Assembly: GCA_963708025.1 (NCBI GenBank)
Contig: CAVPSB010000029.1
Coordinates: 1-64,000 of the forward strand
Length of the DNA: 64,000 nucleotides
Direction: 5' to 3'
Origin: an uncultured Candidatus Rokubacteria bacterium
Lineage (GTDB): Bacteria > Methylomirabilota > Methylomirabilia > Rokubacteriales > DASRDR01
In this document: positions 19,633 through 29,988 of the stretch, in pieces
How the letters are laid out: every line of letters begins with the position of its first letter
Position numbering within the stretch: position 1 is the stretch's first letter
Notes under the pieces: generated by a model
The model's input: only the letters and a program-made list of their open reading frames with translations
Databases searched by the model: none
Told to the model about the DNA's origin: nothing
Made by a program: the position numbers and the translations under genes

Positions 19633-20694
19633 CTACCCCTGCTCGGGTCGGAACTCGAACCCGAAGTGAACGCGGAGCGACGGCGCCCGGAACTCGGGCG
19701 GCAGCGGCGGGAACGGGCTGGCCTCCATCACGGCGCGCAGCGCCGACTGGTCGTAGATCGCGTTGCCGGAGCTCTTCTCCACCGACGGCTCCTTGATCTG
19801 GCCGTCGCGACCGATCTCGAAGACGACGATCGCCCGCTCCCCGCCGGCGGCGGCGGTGCGAGGCGGCGCCCACCGCTCGCTGATCTTCGCCTGGAGCTGC
19901 CGCAGGTAGTACGTGAACGGGAAGTCGCTCACGTCCAGGCTGATGTTGCTCGCCGGCGTCCGCAGGGTCGTCGGATCCGGCCGGCCCGGCGGCAACGGCT
20001 CCGGCCCGGGCCGGGCGACGACGGCCGCCGGCAGTGGCGGCGGGGCGGGCGCCGGCACCGGGGCTGGCGTTACCCGGGCCGGCTCCACGGGACGCGGCGG
20101 GGCCGGCGTCGCCGGGAGGGGGGGCGGCGGCAGGGGCGTCAGCCGCTCGCGCGCGCTCGAGGTGTCGAGCGTGGGCGTCTCCTTCTCGGCCTTGCGGGGC
20201 AGCGCCAGCTCGGCCGGCCGAGGCGGCACCGCCCGCGCCACCTCCGGCGCCCGGGGTGGAGCGGGCGGCGGCAGCTCCCTGACCGGCTTGGGCGGCGGCG
20301 GGGGCGGGAGCTCGGCCTTCTCCGGCACCTTCTCGACCTTGGGCGGGGCTGGGAGCTCGGCTTTCTCCGGCGCCTTCTCGGGCTTGGGCGGCGGCGTCTC
20401 CTTCGGGCGCGGCGCCTCGACCCTCTCCGGGCGGGGCGGCGTGCGCACCTCGGCCTTGCGGGGGGCCTCCCGGGGGGCCTCGACGACTCGAGGCGCCGGG
20501 CTGCCGAGCGGCGCCTCCGCCGGTACCAGGTTCACGACGTAGATCTTCGACTGGTCGGCCGCGTTCACGTACGCCGAGAGGGCTCCGGCCATCAGGAAGA
20601 AGAAGGCGTGGCCCACGAAGGAGAGCAGCAAGAGCCCGTACGGCGGAGGTTCGTCGGGGGGGACGATGAAGCGGCGGGGAACCCGGTAGGCCAT
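19633..20694 (-). CDS. tolA: TolA/TonB-family energy transducer
   Basis: TM helix with SxxGH, Pro-rich stalk, C-terminal EKSSGNAIYDQSALRAV...PFPPLP. Confidence 0.85.
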   Translation of the reverse strand: MAYRVPRRFIVPPDEPPPYGLLLLSFVGHAFFFLMAGALSAYVNAADQSKIYVVNLVPAEAPLGSPAPRVVEAPREAPRKAEVRTPPRPERVEAPRPKETPPPKPEKAPEKAELPAPPKVEKVPEKAELPPPPPPKPVRELPPPAPPRAPEVARAVPPRPAELALPRKAEKETPTLDTSSARERLTPLPPPPLPATPAPPRPVEPARVTPAPVPAPAPPPLPAAVVARPGPEPLPPGRPDPTTLRTPASNISLDVSDFPFTYYLRQLQAKISERWAPPRTAAAGGERAIVVFEIGRDGQIKEPSVEKSSGNAIYDQSALRAVMEASPFPPLPPEFRAPSLRVHFGFEFRPEQG

Positions 20695-20712
20695 GGGGGG
20701 TCCGAGCCGGCG

Positions 20713-21148
20713 TCATTCCCGCTTCGGGAGCGGCTCGGTCACCATGCCGACGCGGTCGAACACCCGCGCGGCGGATCCGGTCCATCGTCTCGACCACGTA
20801 GCCGTACGGCAGCTCCTTGTCGGCCTTGATGTAGATCGTCTTCTCGGGCCGGTCGCGAACGAGCTCCCGGAGCCGCGGCTCGAGCGTGGCCAGGGGCAGG
20901 GCCCGGTCGTTGAGGAAGAGAAGGCGGTCCTTCGTGATGGTGAGGACCAGCCGCTCGTCGAGCGAGGGCGACTTGCTGGAGCTCTTCGGGAGGTTCACGT
21001 CGATCCCGCGGTACATCATGGGCGCCGTCAGCATGAAGATGAGGAGCAGCACGAGCACCACATCGACCAGGGGGATGACGTTGATCTCGGCCAGGGAGCT
21101 GCGAAGCCGGCCGGTCCCCTCGGCTCCGGCATCCGCCTTAATAGCCAT
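20713..21148 (-). CDS. tolR: TolR/ExbD (frameshift ~20760)
   Basis: EINVIPLVDVVLVLLLIFM, IKADKELPYG. Confidence 0.92.
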
Positions 21149-21887
21149 TCTTCAGCGACTTCACCGTCCGGAGCAGCCGGCGTTCGATCAGGTTCGCCAG
21201 CTCGAGCGCGAAGTTGTCCATCTCCATGGCCCAGTGGCGGACCTTGCCCACGTCGTAGTTGTAGCCGACGACGGCCGGGATCGCGGCGGCGAGGCCGGCG
21301 GCGGTCGCGATGAGCGCCTCCGAGATGCCGGGGGCGACGACCGCCAGGCTGGCGGCGCCCTGGGTGCCGATCGAGTGGAACGAGCTCATGATGCCCCAGA
21401 CGGTGCCGAAGAGCCCGATGAAGGGCCCCGAGCTGGCCGTGGTGGCCAGGAAGGGCAGGTACTTCTCCATGCGCTCGATCTCGGACGACTGAACGCGCCG
21501 CATCGCCCGCTGGATCGACTCGAGGCGCTCGGGTCCGATGCCGTCCTCGCCGTCCTCGGGCGGTCCGTCCATCAGGTCGGGCAGGGTCGCGCCGGTGCCA
21601 CCCAGCTCCTGGTACGCCGCCAGGTACACGCGGGCCAGCGGACTGGCCCGGAGCCGCTTCGCCCCGCCGGCGACCACCGAGAAGCGACGGGATTCGCGGT
21701 ACACCTTCAGGAAGCGGGCGGTCTCACGGCTGATGCCGCGGAACTGCATGCCTTTCTGGAAGATGATCGCCCAGCAGACGACCGAGAGGAGGAAGAGGAC
21801 GAGGAGGACAGCCTTCGCGACCAGTCCAGCATTGGCGATCAACTCGCCGAAACCGCCGAGAGCACCGATGTTCAGCAGGCCGCTCAA
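21138..21887 (-). CDS. tolQ: TolQ/ExbB proton channel
   Basis: FLATTASSGPFIGLFGTVWGIM, VAPGISEALIATAAGL. Confidence 0.95.
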   Translation of the reverse strand: MSGLLNIGALGGFGELIANAGLVAKAVLLVLFLLSVVCWAIIFQKGMQFRGISRETARFLKVYRESRRFSVVAGGAKRLRASPLARVYLAAYQELGGTGATLPDLMDGPPEDGEDGIGPERLESIQRAMRRVQSSEIERMEKYLPFLATTASSGPFIGLFGTVWGIMSSFHSIGTQGAASLAVVAPGISEALIATAAGLAAAIPAVVGYNYDVGKVRHWAMEMDNFALELANLIERRLLRTVKSLKNGY

Positions 21888-21953
21888 CCCTCGCTCACTC
21901 CACCCGGCCCGTTGACGAACGACAGAGGTGAGACACGAAACCCCGACGTCGTC

Positions 21954-22063
21954 ATGATACGCATGGCCTCGCGAGCGTGTCAACTTTTTTGCGGCTTCTC
22001 GCGCGGTTACCGTCGTCTCAGATGGGCTTTTCGTTTGACGGATGAACGCGCGTCCGGTATAAG
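21954..22063. promoter_or_regulatory. Divergent sigma70 promoters for tol-pal (-) and lgt (+)
   Basis: Minus strand TTGACA-18-TATCAT (21983-21954); plus strand TTGACG-17-TATAAG (22035-22063). Confidence 0.65.
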
Positions 22064-22187
22064 GAGCCAAACCCGACCCGCCCCGGCTGAAGGAGGGTCG
22101 CACCGGGTGACCACTCACGCATACCGTCGCTGACCGCCGCCGTCCTGCCCGGCCCGGGCGTCCCACCGGACGGCGCGCTCCCGTCCG

Positions 22188-23011
22188 ATGACCTTCCGCT
22201 CGCCCGGTCCCGTCGCCCTCTCCCTGAAGCTGCCCGACGACCTGCCGCTGGTCGGGTCGCTCCAGCTCTCGATCCGCTGGTACGGCATCCTCATGGCCTC
22301 GGCGATGGCGCTCGGGCTGTGGCTCGCCTTCCGCGAGGCCACCCGGCGCGGGGAGAACGCCGAGGAGCTCCTGAAGGCGGCGGAGATCTCGATCATCGGC
22401 GGGCTGATCGGCGCCCGGCTCTACTACGTGCTCTTCACCCTCGACTACTACGAGACCCAGCCCTGGTGGCGGATCTTCGCGGTGTGGGAGGGGGGGCTGG
22501 CGATCCACGGCGGCATGATCGGGGGCCTCCTGGCCGGCGGGGCCTACGTGTGGCTGCGCCGGCTGCCGCTCCTCCGGTACCTGGACATCATCGCGCCGTC
22601 GGTGGTGATCGGCGCAGGCGATCGGTCGCTGGGGGAACTTCTTCAACGAGGAGGCGTTCGGCCGGCCGACCGACCTGCCGTGGAAGCTCTACATCTCCGA
22701 GACCCACCGGCCGCCGAACCTGATCGACGCCCAGTTCTTCCACCCGACGTTCCTCTACGAGTCCCTGTGGGACCTCGGCGGTGTTCCTCGTGCTGATGCT
22801 CGTCCTCCGGCGCCGCCTGGAGCGCGCGCCGGGCGCGCTGTTCCTGGCGTACCTCGGTCTCTACTCGCTGGGGCGGTTCTGGATCGAGGGGCTCCGGATG
22901 GACAGCCTGATGCTGGGACAGATCCGGGTGGCGCAGCTGGTGAGCGCTCTCGCCGTCGTGATCGCGGCGGTGGGGATTCCACTCCTGCTCCGCCGCCGTC
23001 GTACCGGATGA
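22188..23011 (+). CDS. lgt: Prolipoprotein diacylglyceryl transferase (frameshifts ~22615, ~22780)
   Basis: [48 protein letters not shown]. Confidence 0.93.
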
Positions 23012-23897
23012 GCCGGAGGCGACGCCGTGCGACGGGTCCGGCGGCCCGGCGGCCACGCCGAACGCCGCGGGTGCCCCCGTCGCGGCGCCGGGCCCCGCGG
23101 TCATCCTCCACCCCGCCGCCGAGCGCGCCCCGCGCTGGCCTTCGCCTGCCTGGGCAGCTCGGGCGCCGTGCCGTCGGCCGAGCGGGACACGACGGCACTC
23201 GCGGTCCGGGCCGGCCGGACGGTCTGCCTGATCGACGTCGGCGGCAGCCCGGTGCAGAAGCTGCGGCGGGTCGGCGTCGATCCCCTGGAGCTCGACCGCG
23301 GTCGTGATCACCCACACGCACCCCGATCACGTGTACGGGCTCCCGGCCCTCGTCCAGGGCCTCGAGATCCTCGGGCGGCGGGAGCCGCTGCCCGTCTATT
23401 GCCGGACCGAGCACGTGGATCAGATCCAGCGCCTCCTCGCGCTGTTCGACCTGCCCGCGCCCGAGAAGTTCCAGATCGCGGTGCGGGGTCTCGAGCCGCG
23501 CGAGGGTGTCCGGGTGCTGGAGACGCCGGATCTGGCGATGAGCGCCGCGCCGAACGTGCACGGCCGCATGCCCAACCTGGCCGTGCGGGTGGACGCCGGC
23601 CGCCGCGCGCTGGTCTACTCGTCCGACACCCGGCCGTGCCCCGCGGTGGCGGCGCTCGCCCGCGGCGCGACGGCGCTCGTCCACGAGGCCACGTTCGCCG
23701 AACCGGACCCCACCCAGTGGCACTCGACGGCGCGCGACGCGGGCGAGGTGGCGCGTCAGGCGGGAGTGACGCGGCTCTACCTCGCCCACATCGGCTACGC
23801 CCACCATGGCCGCCTCGCTGCGCACGTCGCCGACGCGCGGGCCGCCTTCGGCGGCCCCGTCGCGGTGGTGGACGAGCTCGCCTGGTACCGCCTCTGA
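23008..23897 (+). CDS. MBL-fold hydrolase, RNase Z-like (frameshift ~23300; start uncertain)
   Basis: [35 protein letters not shown]. Confidence 0.85.
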
Positions 23898-23914
23898 GCA
23901 CTGAAGCGCCGCCG

Positions 23915-24883
23915 ATGCCCTCGCTGCCGACGATCGCGCGGCTTCGCTTCCGGCGCCTCCGGCCCGGCCCCGCGGAGCCGCGGGTCGGGGAGCCGGTGGA
24001 CTCGAGCGCGACCCACCTCGAGCGGCTCGTCCTCCGGCTCGGGCTCACCGGCCTCCTGGCCGCGCTCCTCTTCGTGGCGGTCCTCGACGAGCGGAGTGCG
24101 GCGGCGGTCGCGCTCGGCCTGGCCAACATGGGCGTGGTGGTCGTGACGAGCTGGCGCTTCGGCTGGGCGGGCCGGTGGCTGACGGTGCTCGTGGCCGCCG
24201 TCTGCTGGACCGCAGCCAGCGAGCTCTCGGGGGTCGCCTGGCCGCCAGCCATCTCCTGGTGGGACACCGGCCTGCGACTCGGCGTCCTGGTCACGCTGGC
24301 CGGGGGCGTGAGCACGTTCCGCGCCGCCATCGTCCGGCTGCTCCACACCGAGGACGTCCTCGCCGCCACCGTGGTGCGCGAGCGCGACTTCGCCCGGCGG
24401 GATCGCCTGACGCGGCTCTGGAACTCCCGCTACCTCCACGAGGCGCTCGAGCAGGAGATCGCCCGCTGTCGCCGTTACGACCGCCCGTTCGGCCTCCTGC
24501 TGGTCGACCTCGACGGCTTCAAGGCCGTCAACGACACCGCCGGTCACCTGGCCGGCGACCACGTGCTGCAGATCGTCGGCGGGCTCCTGCGCGACAACTG
24601 CCGGGCCACCGACATCCCCGCCCGGCTTGGCGGCGACGAGTTCGCCGTGGTCCTGCCCGAGGCGTCGGGGGAGATGGTGCGGCAGTACGCGGCCAAGCTC
24701 GTGGCCCTGGTGGCCGCCGCGCCGTTCCCGGCGGATCTGCCGCGGGTCACCGCCAGCATCGGCGGCGTCGTCTTCCGCGACGCGCCGGCCTCCCCCAAGG
24801 TCGCCATCGCGGCGGCCGACGCGGCGATGTACGCCGCCAAGCGCGAGGGGAAGAACCGGTGCTTCGTCGAGGTGCCGTGGTGA
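23915..24883 (+). CDS. Membrane-bound diguanylate cyclase (GGDEF)
   Basis: TM helices, DLDGFKAVNDTAGHLAGD, RLGGDEF. Confidence 0.92.
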   Translation: MPSLPTIARLRFRRLRPGPAEPRVGEPVDSSATHLERLVLRLGLTGLLAALLFVAVLDERSAAAVALGLANMGVVVVTSWRFGWAGRWLTVLVAAVCWTAASELSGVAWPPAISWWDTGLRLGVLVTLAGGVSTFRAAIVRLLHTEDVLAATVVRERDFARRDRLTRLWNSRYLHEALEQEIARCRRYDRPFGLLLVDLDGFKAVNDTAGHLAGDHVLQIVGGLLRDNCRATDIPARLGGDEFAVVLPEASGEMVRQYAAKLVALVAAAPFPADLPRVTASIGGVVFRDAPASPKVAIAAADAAMYAAKREGKNRCFVEVPW

Positions 24884-25581
24884 ACTTCGTCCTCGACATC
24901 GAGACGATCCCGCGCGACCTGCGCGGCGAGCCGCGGAAGATCCAGGACTACGTCTGGGAGCGCGCGCTCCGCCGGGAGCCGGACGTCCCCGCCGAGCTGA
25001 CGCTCGACGACTACCTGGCGGGGGTCGACGACCCGACCGTGGGCGCGGTGCGGGAGCGGATCGAGCGCTTCATGACGCTCCGGCCCGAGTTCGGCCACGT
25101 GATCTGCATCGGCATGGGACACGACGCCCGCGGCCGGGGCGAGCTCGAGACGAAGGCCCTGACGGCGCGCGCCATCGCCGACGAGCGCCGGATCCTGGAG
25201 GAGTTCTGGGACGTGGTGAAGGCGCGCCGCGACTGGTGCTTCATCACCTACAACGGCCTGGCCTTCGACCTACCATTCCTGCTGCGGCGGTCGATCTACC
25301 TCGGGGTGACGCCGACGACCGGGCTCCCGCTTCGCCCGTTCGCCCTGGACAGCCATTTCGACGTGATGCGTGTCCTGTCCAACTGGGAGCGGTCGGACAC
25401 CGTGCGGCTCGACGTGGTGGCGGAGCTGCTCGGCCTGTCGAAGTCCCCCGCCGGCATGGACGGCTCCCAGGTCCTGGGGCTCTGGCGGGCGGGGCGGATC
25501 GAGGAGATCGAGGCCTACTGCCTGGGCGATGTGCGCCTCGTCTACGAGGTCTTCCTCAAGATCGAGGCCTTCTTCCGCTGA
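24880..25581 (+). CDS. Stand-alone 3'-5' exonuclease (PolB-like proofreading family)
   Basis: LDIET, TYNGLAFDLPFL, HFDVM, YCLGDV. Confidence 0.88.
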   Translation: MNFVLDIETIPRDLRGEPRKIQDYVWERALRREPDVPAELTLDDYLAGVDDPTVGAVRERIERFMTLRPEFGHVICIGMGHDARGRGELETKALTARAIADERRILEEFWDVVKARRDWCFITYNGLAFDLPFLLRRSIYLGVTPTTGLPLRPFALDSHFDVMRVLSNWERSDTVRLDVVAELLGLSKSPAGMDGSQVLGLWRAGRIEEIEAYCLGDVRLVYEVFLKIEAFFR

Positions 25582-25608
25582 TCTTCCAGCCCCCGCCGGG
25601 GGAGCAGG

Positions 25609-26520
25609 TCAGGGGGGATCGAGCAGCCGGCGGGCGTTCTCGCCGAGGATCGCCGCCCGCTCGCCGTCGCCGAGACCCGGCAGCGCCGCGACCCGCGCGG
25701 CGTCGGCGGCCGGGTCGAACCACGGGTAGTCCGAGCCGAAGCAGACCCGCTCCGCGCCCAGGCGCCGGAGCAGCGCCACCGCCTCGTCGTCCGGGAGCCG
25801 CCACGGCACCGCGGCGGCGGTGATCACGGCGCAGGTGTCGAAGGCGACCTGCGGGAAGCGCGCGGCCAGCTCGACCGCTTCCTCGAAGTGGCCGCGACCG
25901 AGGTGCGCGAGGACGATGCGCAGGTGAGGGAATCCCTCCAGCACGTCGGCGAACGCCCGCGGCCGGGCGAGCGCGTTCCACGCGCTCCGTCCGAGGAACC
26001 CCGAGTGGAACAGGAGGGGCAGCCCCAGCTCCTGGCACAGCTCGTAGACCGGCCAGAGGGTGGCGGTGGCCGGGTCGAGCCGCTGGACGATCGGGTGGAG
26101 CTTCACGCCGCGAGCCCCTGCCTCGGCGCAGGCCTCCAGCTCGTCGCGCATCTGCCCGGGGGTCATCACCGACGGGTCGAGGCCGACGAACGCGAGGAGG
26201 GCCGGGTCGCCGGCCGCCACCTCCAGCGTCCAGCGGTTCCGGCGGACGAGGCGGCTCCGCAGCTCGTCGGCGACGCGCACCTCGGCCTCGGCGCGCTCGG
26301 CGGCGGCCAGCGTGGCCGGCAGGCGGGCGAGGGCCGCCTCGCGCATGTCGGGGACCGGGGTCAGGTTCGCCATGACGGCGGTGGCGATCCCGCCCCGCGC
26401 CATCGCCTCCCGCAGCTCCGCCGTGGTGCCCGCGTAGGGTGACCAGCCGTCACCCTGCAGGGCCTGGCGGCCGATCTCGGCGCGTGGGTAGGTGTGGGTG
26501 TGAATATCGACGATGTCCAT
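25609..26520 (-). CDS. Amidohydrolase family 2 protein
   Basis: DIHTH, GVKLHP, FHSG, LAHLG, FGSDYPW. Confidence 0.9.
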   Translation of the reverse strand: MDIVDIHTHTYPRAEIGRQALQGDGWSPYAGTTAELREAMARGGIATAVMANLTPVPDMREAALARLPATLAAAERAEAEVRVADELRSRLVRRNRWTLEVAAGDPALLAFVGLDPSVMTPGQMRDELEACAEAGARGVKLHPIVQRLDPATATLWPVYELCQELGLPLLFHSGFLGRSAWNALARPRAFADVLEGFPHLRIVLAHLGRGHFEEAVELAARFPQVAFDTCAVITAAAVPWRLPDDEAVALLRRLGAERVCFGSDYPWFDPAADAARVAALPGLGDGERAAILGENARRLLDPP

Positions 26521-26548
26521 CCGGCGGGCCGATGCGCGTCGCGCCCGG

Positions 26549-27781
26549 CTAGGTGCCGAGGCGCTGGCGGACCAGGCTGACCAGGCGCTCGTAGCTGAAC
26601 GCCTCGCCCTGGCGGGAGACCGCCGGCGCGTCCGTCTTGAGCCCGGTCTCGCTGATCACGCAGCAGATCGTCTGGTCCGGGTCGAGGGCGCCCTCGCCGA
26701 GGAGCCGGCGGAGCGCGGCCAGCGTGCCGACGCCGGTCGGCCCCGCGTAGAGGCCCTCGGTGCGCGCCAGCAGCCGCTGGGTCTCGAGGATCGCGGCGTC
26801 CTCGACGTCGGCCGCCAGCCCCTTCGACTCGCGCAGGATCCGCAGCACCCACTCGCCCTTCGCGGCCGGGTCCCCGCACGAGAGCCCCTCGGCGACCGTG
26901 TAGGAGAGCTTGACCGGCAGAAGCGGGCCGCCGGACCGGAACGCCCGCGCGATCGGGTTGGCCTTGGCCGACTGGGCCGCGACCATCAGCGGCAGCTGGT
27001 CGATCCAGCCGAGCGCGTGCATCTCCCGGAAGGCGCGCCAGCCCGAGATGAAGGCCTCGCCCACCGCCACCGGGAAGACCACGACGTCGGGGACGCGGAA
27101 GCCCGACTGCTCGGCGATCTCGTAGGCCAGCGTCTTCTTGCCCTCCTGCTTGTACGCGTTCCGGCTCGCCCCGCCGTCGAAGACCGGCAGCTCCTCCACC
27201 ATGCGGTCCCACAGCCGGATCAGGTCGTCGTAGTACCCCTGGTAGAGGATGAGGTCGGAGGCCACCGCGCCCATGTGGTGCATCTTCGGGGCCGAGGCCT
27301 GCTCGTAGCAGAAGATGAACGCGCGGAGCCCGGCCCGCGTCGCGTAGGCGCCGATCGACGACCCGGCGTTGCCGGTCGAGACGACCGAGATCGCGCGGTA
27401 GCCGAACTGGCGCGCGGCCGCCACCGCGGTCGCCGAGGAGCGGTCCTTGATGGTGCCGGTGGGGTTCGCGCCCTCGAACTTCAGGAGGAGCCGCCGGACA
27501 CCCAGGGTGCGCGCCAGCGCCGGCGCGTCGAGGAGCGGGGTCTCGCCCTCGCCCAGGGAGACGAAGTGCGCGGGGTCGCGGATCGGCAGGACGGGGTGGT
27601 AGCGCCAGAGGCCGCGGCGCGTGAAGGCGCCGGCGGGGCCCAGGCGCCGGAGCGGCTCGAGGTCGTAGACCGGCTCCAGCAGGCCCCGGCAGCGCCGGCA
27701 CTCCAGGAGGTACTCGAGCGCGTACTCGGCGGCGCAGCCGATGCACCGGACCCCGACCGCGCAGGTGACCGGCGGCGTTAT
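26549..27781 (-). CDS. Threonine synthase-like PLP enzyme (apparent ATA start)
   Basis: N-terminal CxxC..CxxC, SLGEGETPL, NPTGTIKDR, STGNAG. The frame is open well upstream of the ORF-track start. Confidence 0.88.
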   Translation of the reverse strand: MTPPVTCAVGVRCIGCAAEYALEYLLECRRCRGLLEPVYDLEPLRRLGPAGAFTRRGLWRYHPVLPIRDPAHFVSLGEGETPLLDAPALARTLGVRRLLLKFEGANPTGTIKDRSSATAVAAARQFGYRAISVVSTGNAGSSIGAYATRAGLRAFIFCYEQASAPKMHHMGAVASDLILYQGYYDDLIRLWDRMVEELPVFDGGASRNAYKQEGKKTLAYEIAEQSGFRVPDVVVFPVAVGEAFISGWRAFREMHALGWIDQLPLMVAAQSAKANPIARAFRSGGPLLPVKLSYTVAEGLSCGDPAAKGEWVLRILRESKGLAADVEDAAILETQRLLARTEGLYAGPTGVGTLAALRRLLGEGALDPDQTICCVISETGLKTDAPAVSRQGEAFSYERLVSLVRQRLGT

Positions 27782-27783
27782 TT

Positions 27784-27883
27784 CGGGACCTCCCGCCTAC
27801 CCGATCCTGCGGCCCGGCCCCCCCTCCCCCACCGTTGGACGGCCTTCGGCCTTTGGCCGGGGGGAGGGGGGGTCGGAAGGACC
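27784..27883 (-). repeat. Modular intergenic repeat, copy 3
   Basis: C-tract, GGCCAAAGGCCGAAGGCCGTC insert, GGGTAGGCGGGAGGTCCCG end. Confidence 0.75.
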
Positions 27884-27900
27884 GCTGGCTCGTCATGCTG

Positions 27901-28242
27901 TCAGCGGAGGGACTTCATGTCGCCGGGGAAGTTGGACGAGAAGGAGTAGGACTTGACGATGCCGTCCGCCGTGAGCGTCACCTCGAGCTGCTTGGAGAGG
28001 TCTGGCTCACCCTTCTTGAAGTAGTACCAGGTCCAGGTCGTATCCCCATCCTTGACGCCGGCCTGGGTCGGCTCGCCGAACAGGCGGGTGAGGTCGGCCT
28101 TGGTCGTCGTGCCGTTCCGGAGGGTGTCCCGCGACGGTGACGGGAAGTCCCGGCCGGTCGACAGCACCGACGCGCAAGCCCCGAGCAGGAGGGCGAGCGC
28201 GAGCAGTCCGATCCAGCGATGAAGCGCGCGATGCCGTCGCAT
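27901..28242 (-). CDS. SmpA/BamE-like small lipoprotein
   Basis: Lipobox LGAC; GTTTKADLTRLFGEP...WTWYY. Confidence 0.7.
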   Translation of the reverse strand: MRRHRALHRWIGLLALALLLGACASVLSTGRDFPSPSRDTLRNGTTTKADLTRLFGEPTQAGVKDGDTTWTWYYFKKGEPDLSKQLEVTLTADGIVKSYSFSSNFPGDMKSLR

Positions 28243-28266
28243 GATAGGCCTCCTTGGGACGCCGGT

Positions 28267-28338
28267 ATGCTAGCCGAGCCGCGCACGGACTGTCAAACGC
28301 GGGGCCGTCTTGACAGCCGGGAGTCCCGTCATTAGGGT
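28267..28338. promoter_or_regulatory. Back-to-back sigma70 promoters
   Basis: Minus strand TTGACA-18-TAGCAT (28296-28267); plus strand TTGACA-17-TAGGGT (28310-28338). Confidence 0.55.
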
Positions 28339-28374
28339 GGTGCGCACCGATTCTCCCACCCAAGGAGGCGCTCG

Positions 28375-28746
28375 ATGGCCGTCACCGCGCTGAAAGGCTA
28401 CACCCAGCTCGACGGGCTCCCCGAGGAGAAGATCAGCCCCCTCATCACGCGCCGGATCGTCAGCGGCGAGAAGGGGATGATCGTGTTCTGGAAGATGAAG
28501 GCGGGGGCCCACGCCGCCGCCCACCGGCACCCCCACGAGCAGATCTTCTGGGTGCTCTCCGGCCAGATGGACTTCCGGCTCGGCGACGAGAAGCGGAGCT
28601 GCCGCGCCGGCGACATGGGGGTGATCCCGGGCGGGGTGGAGCACGAGGGGTGGTTCCCCGTGGACACCGAGGTGGTTGACATCTTCTCGCCGCCGCGGGA
28701 GGACTTCCTCGCCGGCGGCACGCCCGCGTACATGCAGAAGAGCTAG
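28375..28746 (+). CDS. Cupin domain protein
   Basis: HRHPHEQ, IPGGVEH, DIFSPPREDF. Confidence 0.9.
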   Translation: MAVTALKGYTQLDGLPEEKISPLITRRIVSGEKGMIVFWKMKAGAHAAAHRHPHEQIFWVLSGQMDFRLGDEKRSCRAGDMGVIPGGVEHEGWFPVDTEVVDIFSPPREDFLAGGTPAYMQKS

Positions 28747-28792
28747 ACGCGGGCTCGGCGCCAATCCAGGGGAGGGGAGAGGAGACTCGAGT

Positions 28793-29917
28793 ATGCAGTC
28801 AGGGTGGCTCGATCAGTTCATGCGGAAGGGGTCGGAATCCGGCGAGGAGAAGCCGGCCGAGTCGCCGGGGACCGACGGGGTGTCCCGCCGGAGCTTCCTG
28901 CACGGCGGGCTGGTGACCGGCGTCGCCGCCGGGATGACGGCCGGCTCGGTGCTGGCCGGGCAGCAGGTGGCCCAGGCCCAGCAGCCGGCCGCGGGGACGA
29001 ATACACCGATTGGACCCCCGTGGTGGCCATCGCGCTGGGGTCCCCAGGACGAGGCGGGCGCCTCCAACTGGATCACGCCGGAGAAGGTGCTGGCGGCCGC
29101 CAAGCTCATCAAGACCGGGAAGATCTACGAGCTGGGCCGGGTCTACGAGAGCAAGATGCCGCTCTTCGGGGACCGGGTGTTCTCCCTCCGGATCCCGGGG
29201 ACGCCGAGCGGCGGTCCCTTCGGGAAGAACCAGCTCGTCTACCACGACGAGTTCGTCGCGACCGAGATCGGTCAGGTCGGCACCCAGTTCGACGGCCTTG
29301 GTCACATCGGCTGCCAGGTCGGGAAGCCCGGCGACATGGCGGAGATGCGCTTCTACAACGGCTTCACCGAGCTCGACATGGCTAACGCCTACGGTCTGCA
29401 GAAGCTCGGCATCGAGCACTGCAAGCCGTTCTTCACCCGAGGCATCCTGGTCGACGTGGCCGGGCTGAAGGGCCGGATGCTGAACGTGGGCGAGGAGATC
29501 ACCCCCGCCGACGTGCTGGCCGCCCTCCAGCGCCAGAACATCGCGGAGTCGAGCATCCAGCCCGGCGACGGCATCTTCTTCAACACCGGCTTTGGCAGCC
29601 TGTGGATGAAGGACAACGCCAAGTTCAACTCGGGCGAGCCCGGGATCGGCCTGGACGTGGCGAGATGGGTGGTGCAGAAGCAGGCGGCGCTGGTCGGCGC
29701 CGACACCTGGGCGACCGAGGTGGTCCCGAACCCGAACGCCGACCTGGCGTTCGTCGTCCACAACGAGCTGATCACGCGGAACGGAATCTTCAATCACGAG
29801 AACCTCGACTTCGACGCGCTGATCAAGGACAAGGTCTACGAGTTCGTCTACTCCTTCGCGCCGCTCCGGATCAAGGGGGCGACCGGCTCGCCGGGCCGGC
29901 CCGTCGCCATCACCTAG
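28793..29917 (+). CDS. Tat-exported cyclase-family (kynurenine formamidase-like) metal hydrolase
   Basis: SRRSFL twin-arginine signal; GTQFDGLGH, GADTW, ENL, GATGSP. Confidence 0.88.
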   Translation: MQSGWLDQFMRKGSESGEEKPAESPGTDGVSRRSFLHGGLVTGVAAGMTAGSVLAGQQVAQAQQPAAGTNTPIGPPWWPSRWGPQDEAGASNWITPEKVLAAAKLIKTGKIYELGRVYESKMPLFGDRVFSLRIPGTPSGGPFGKNQLVYHDEFVATEIGQVGTQFDGLGHIGCQVGKPGDMAEMRFYNGFTELDMANAYGLQKLGIEHCKPFFTRGILVDVAGLKGRMLNVGEEITPADVLAALQRQNIAESSIQPGDGIFFNTGFGSLWMKDNAKFNSGEPGIGLDVARWVVQKQAALVGADTWATEVVPNPNADLAFVVHNELITRNGIFNHENLDFDALIKDKVYEFVYSFAPLRIKGATGSPGRPVAIT

Positions 29918-29935
29918 GAGCCGCTGACGGCCGAC

Positions 29936-29976
29936 CGGCCCCGGGGCTGGCGACGGCCCCGGGGCCGTTTCATTTT
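29936..29976 (+). terminator. Rho-independent terminator
   Basis: CGGCCCCGGGGC-loop-GCCCCGGGGCCG stem followed by TTTCATTTT. Confidence 0.65.
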
Positions 29977-29988
29977 CCGGAGGCGTCC

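Noticed and set aside
23027-24883. RNase Z-GGDEF fusion suggested by the 618-aa ORF
   Set aside because: It is an artefact of the indel at ~23300. The MBL gene has its own stop at 23897 and the cyclase its own ATG at 23915.
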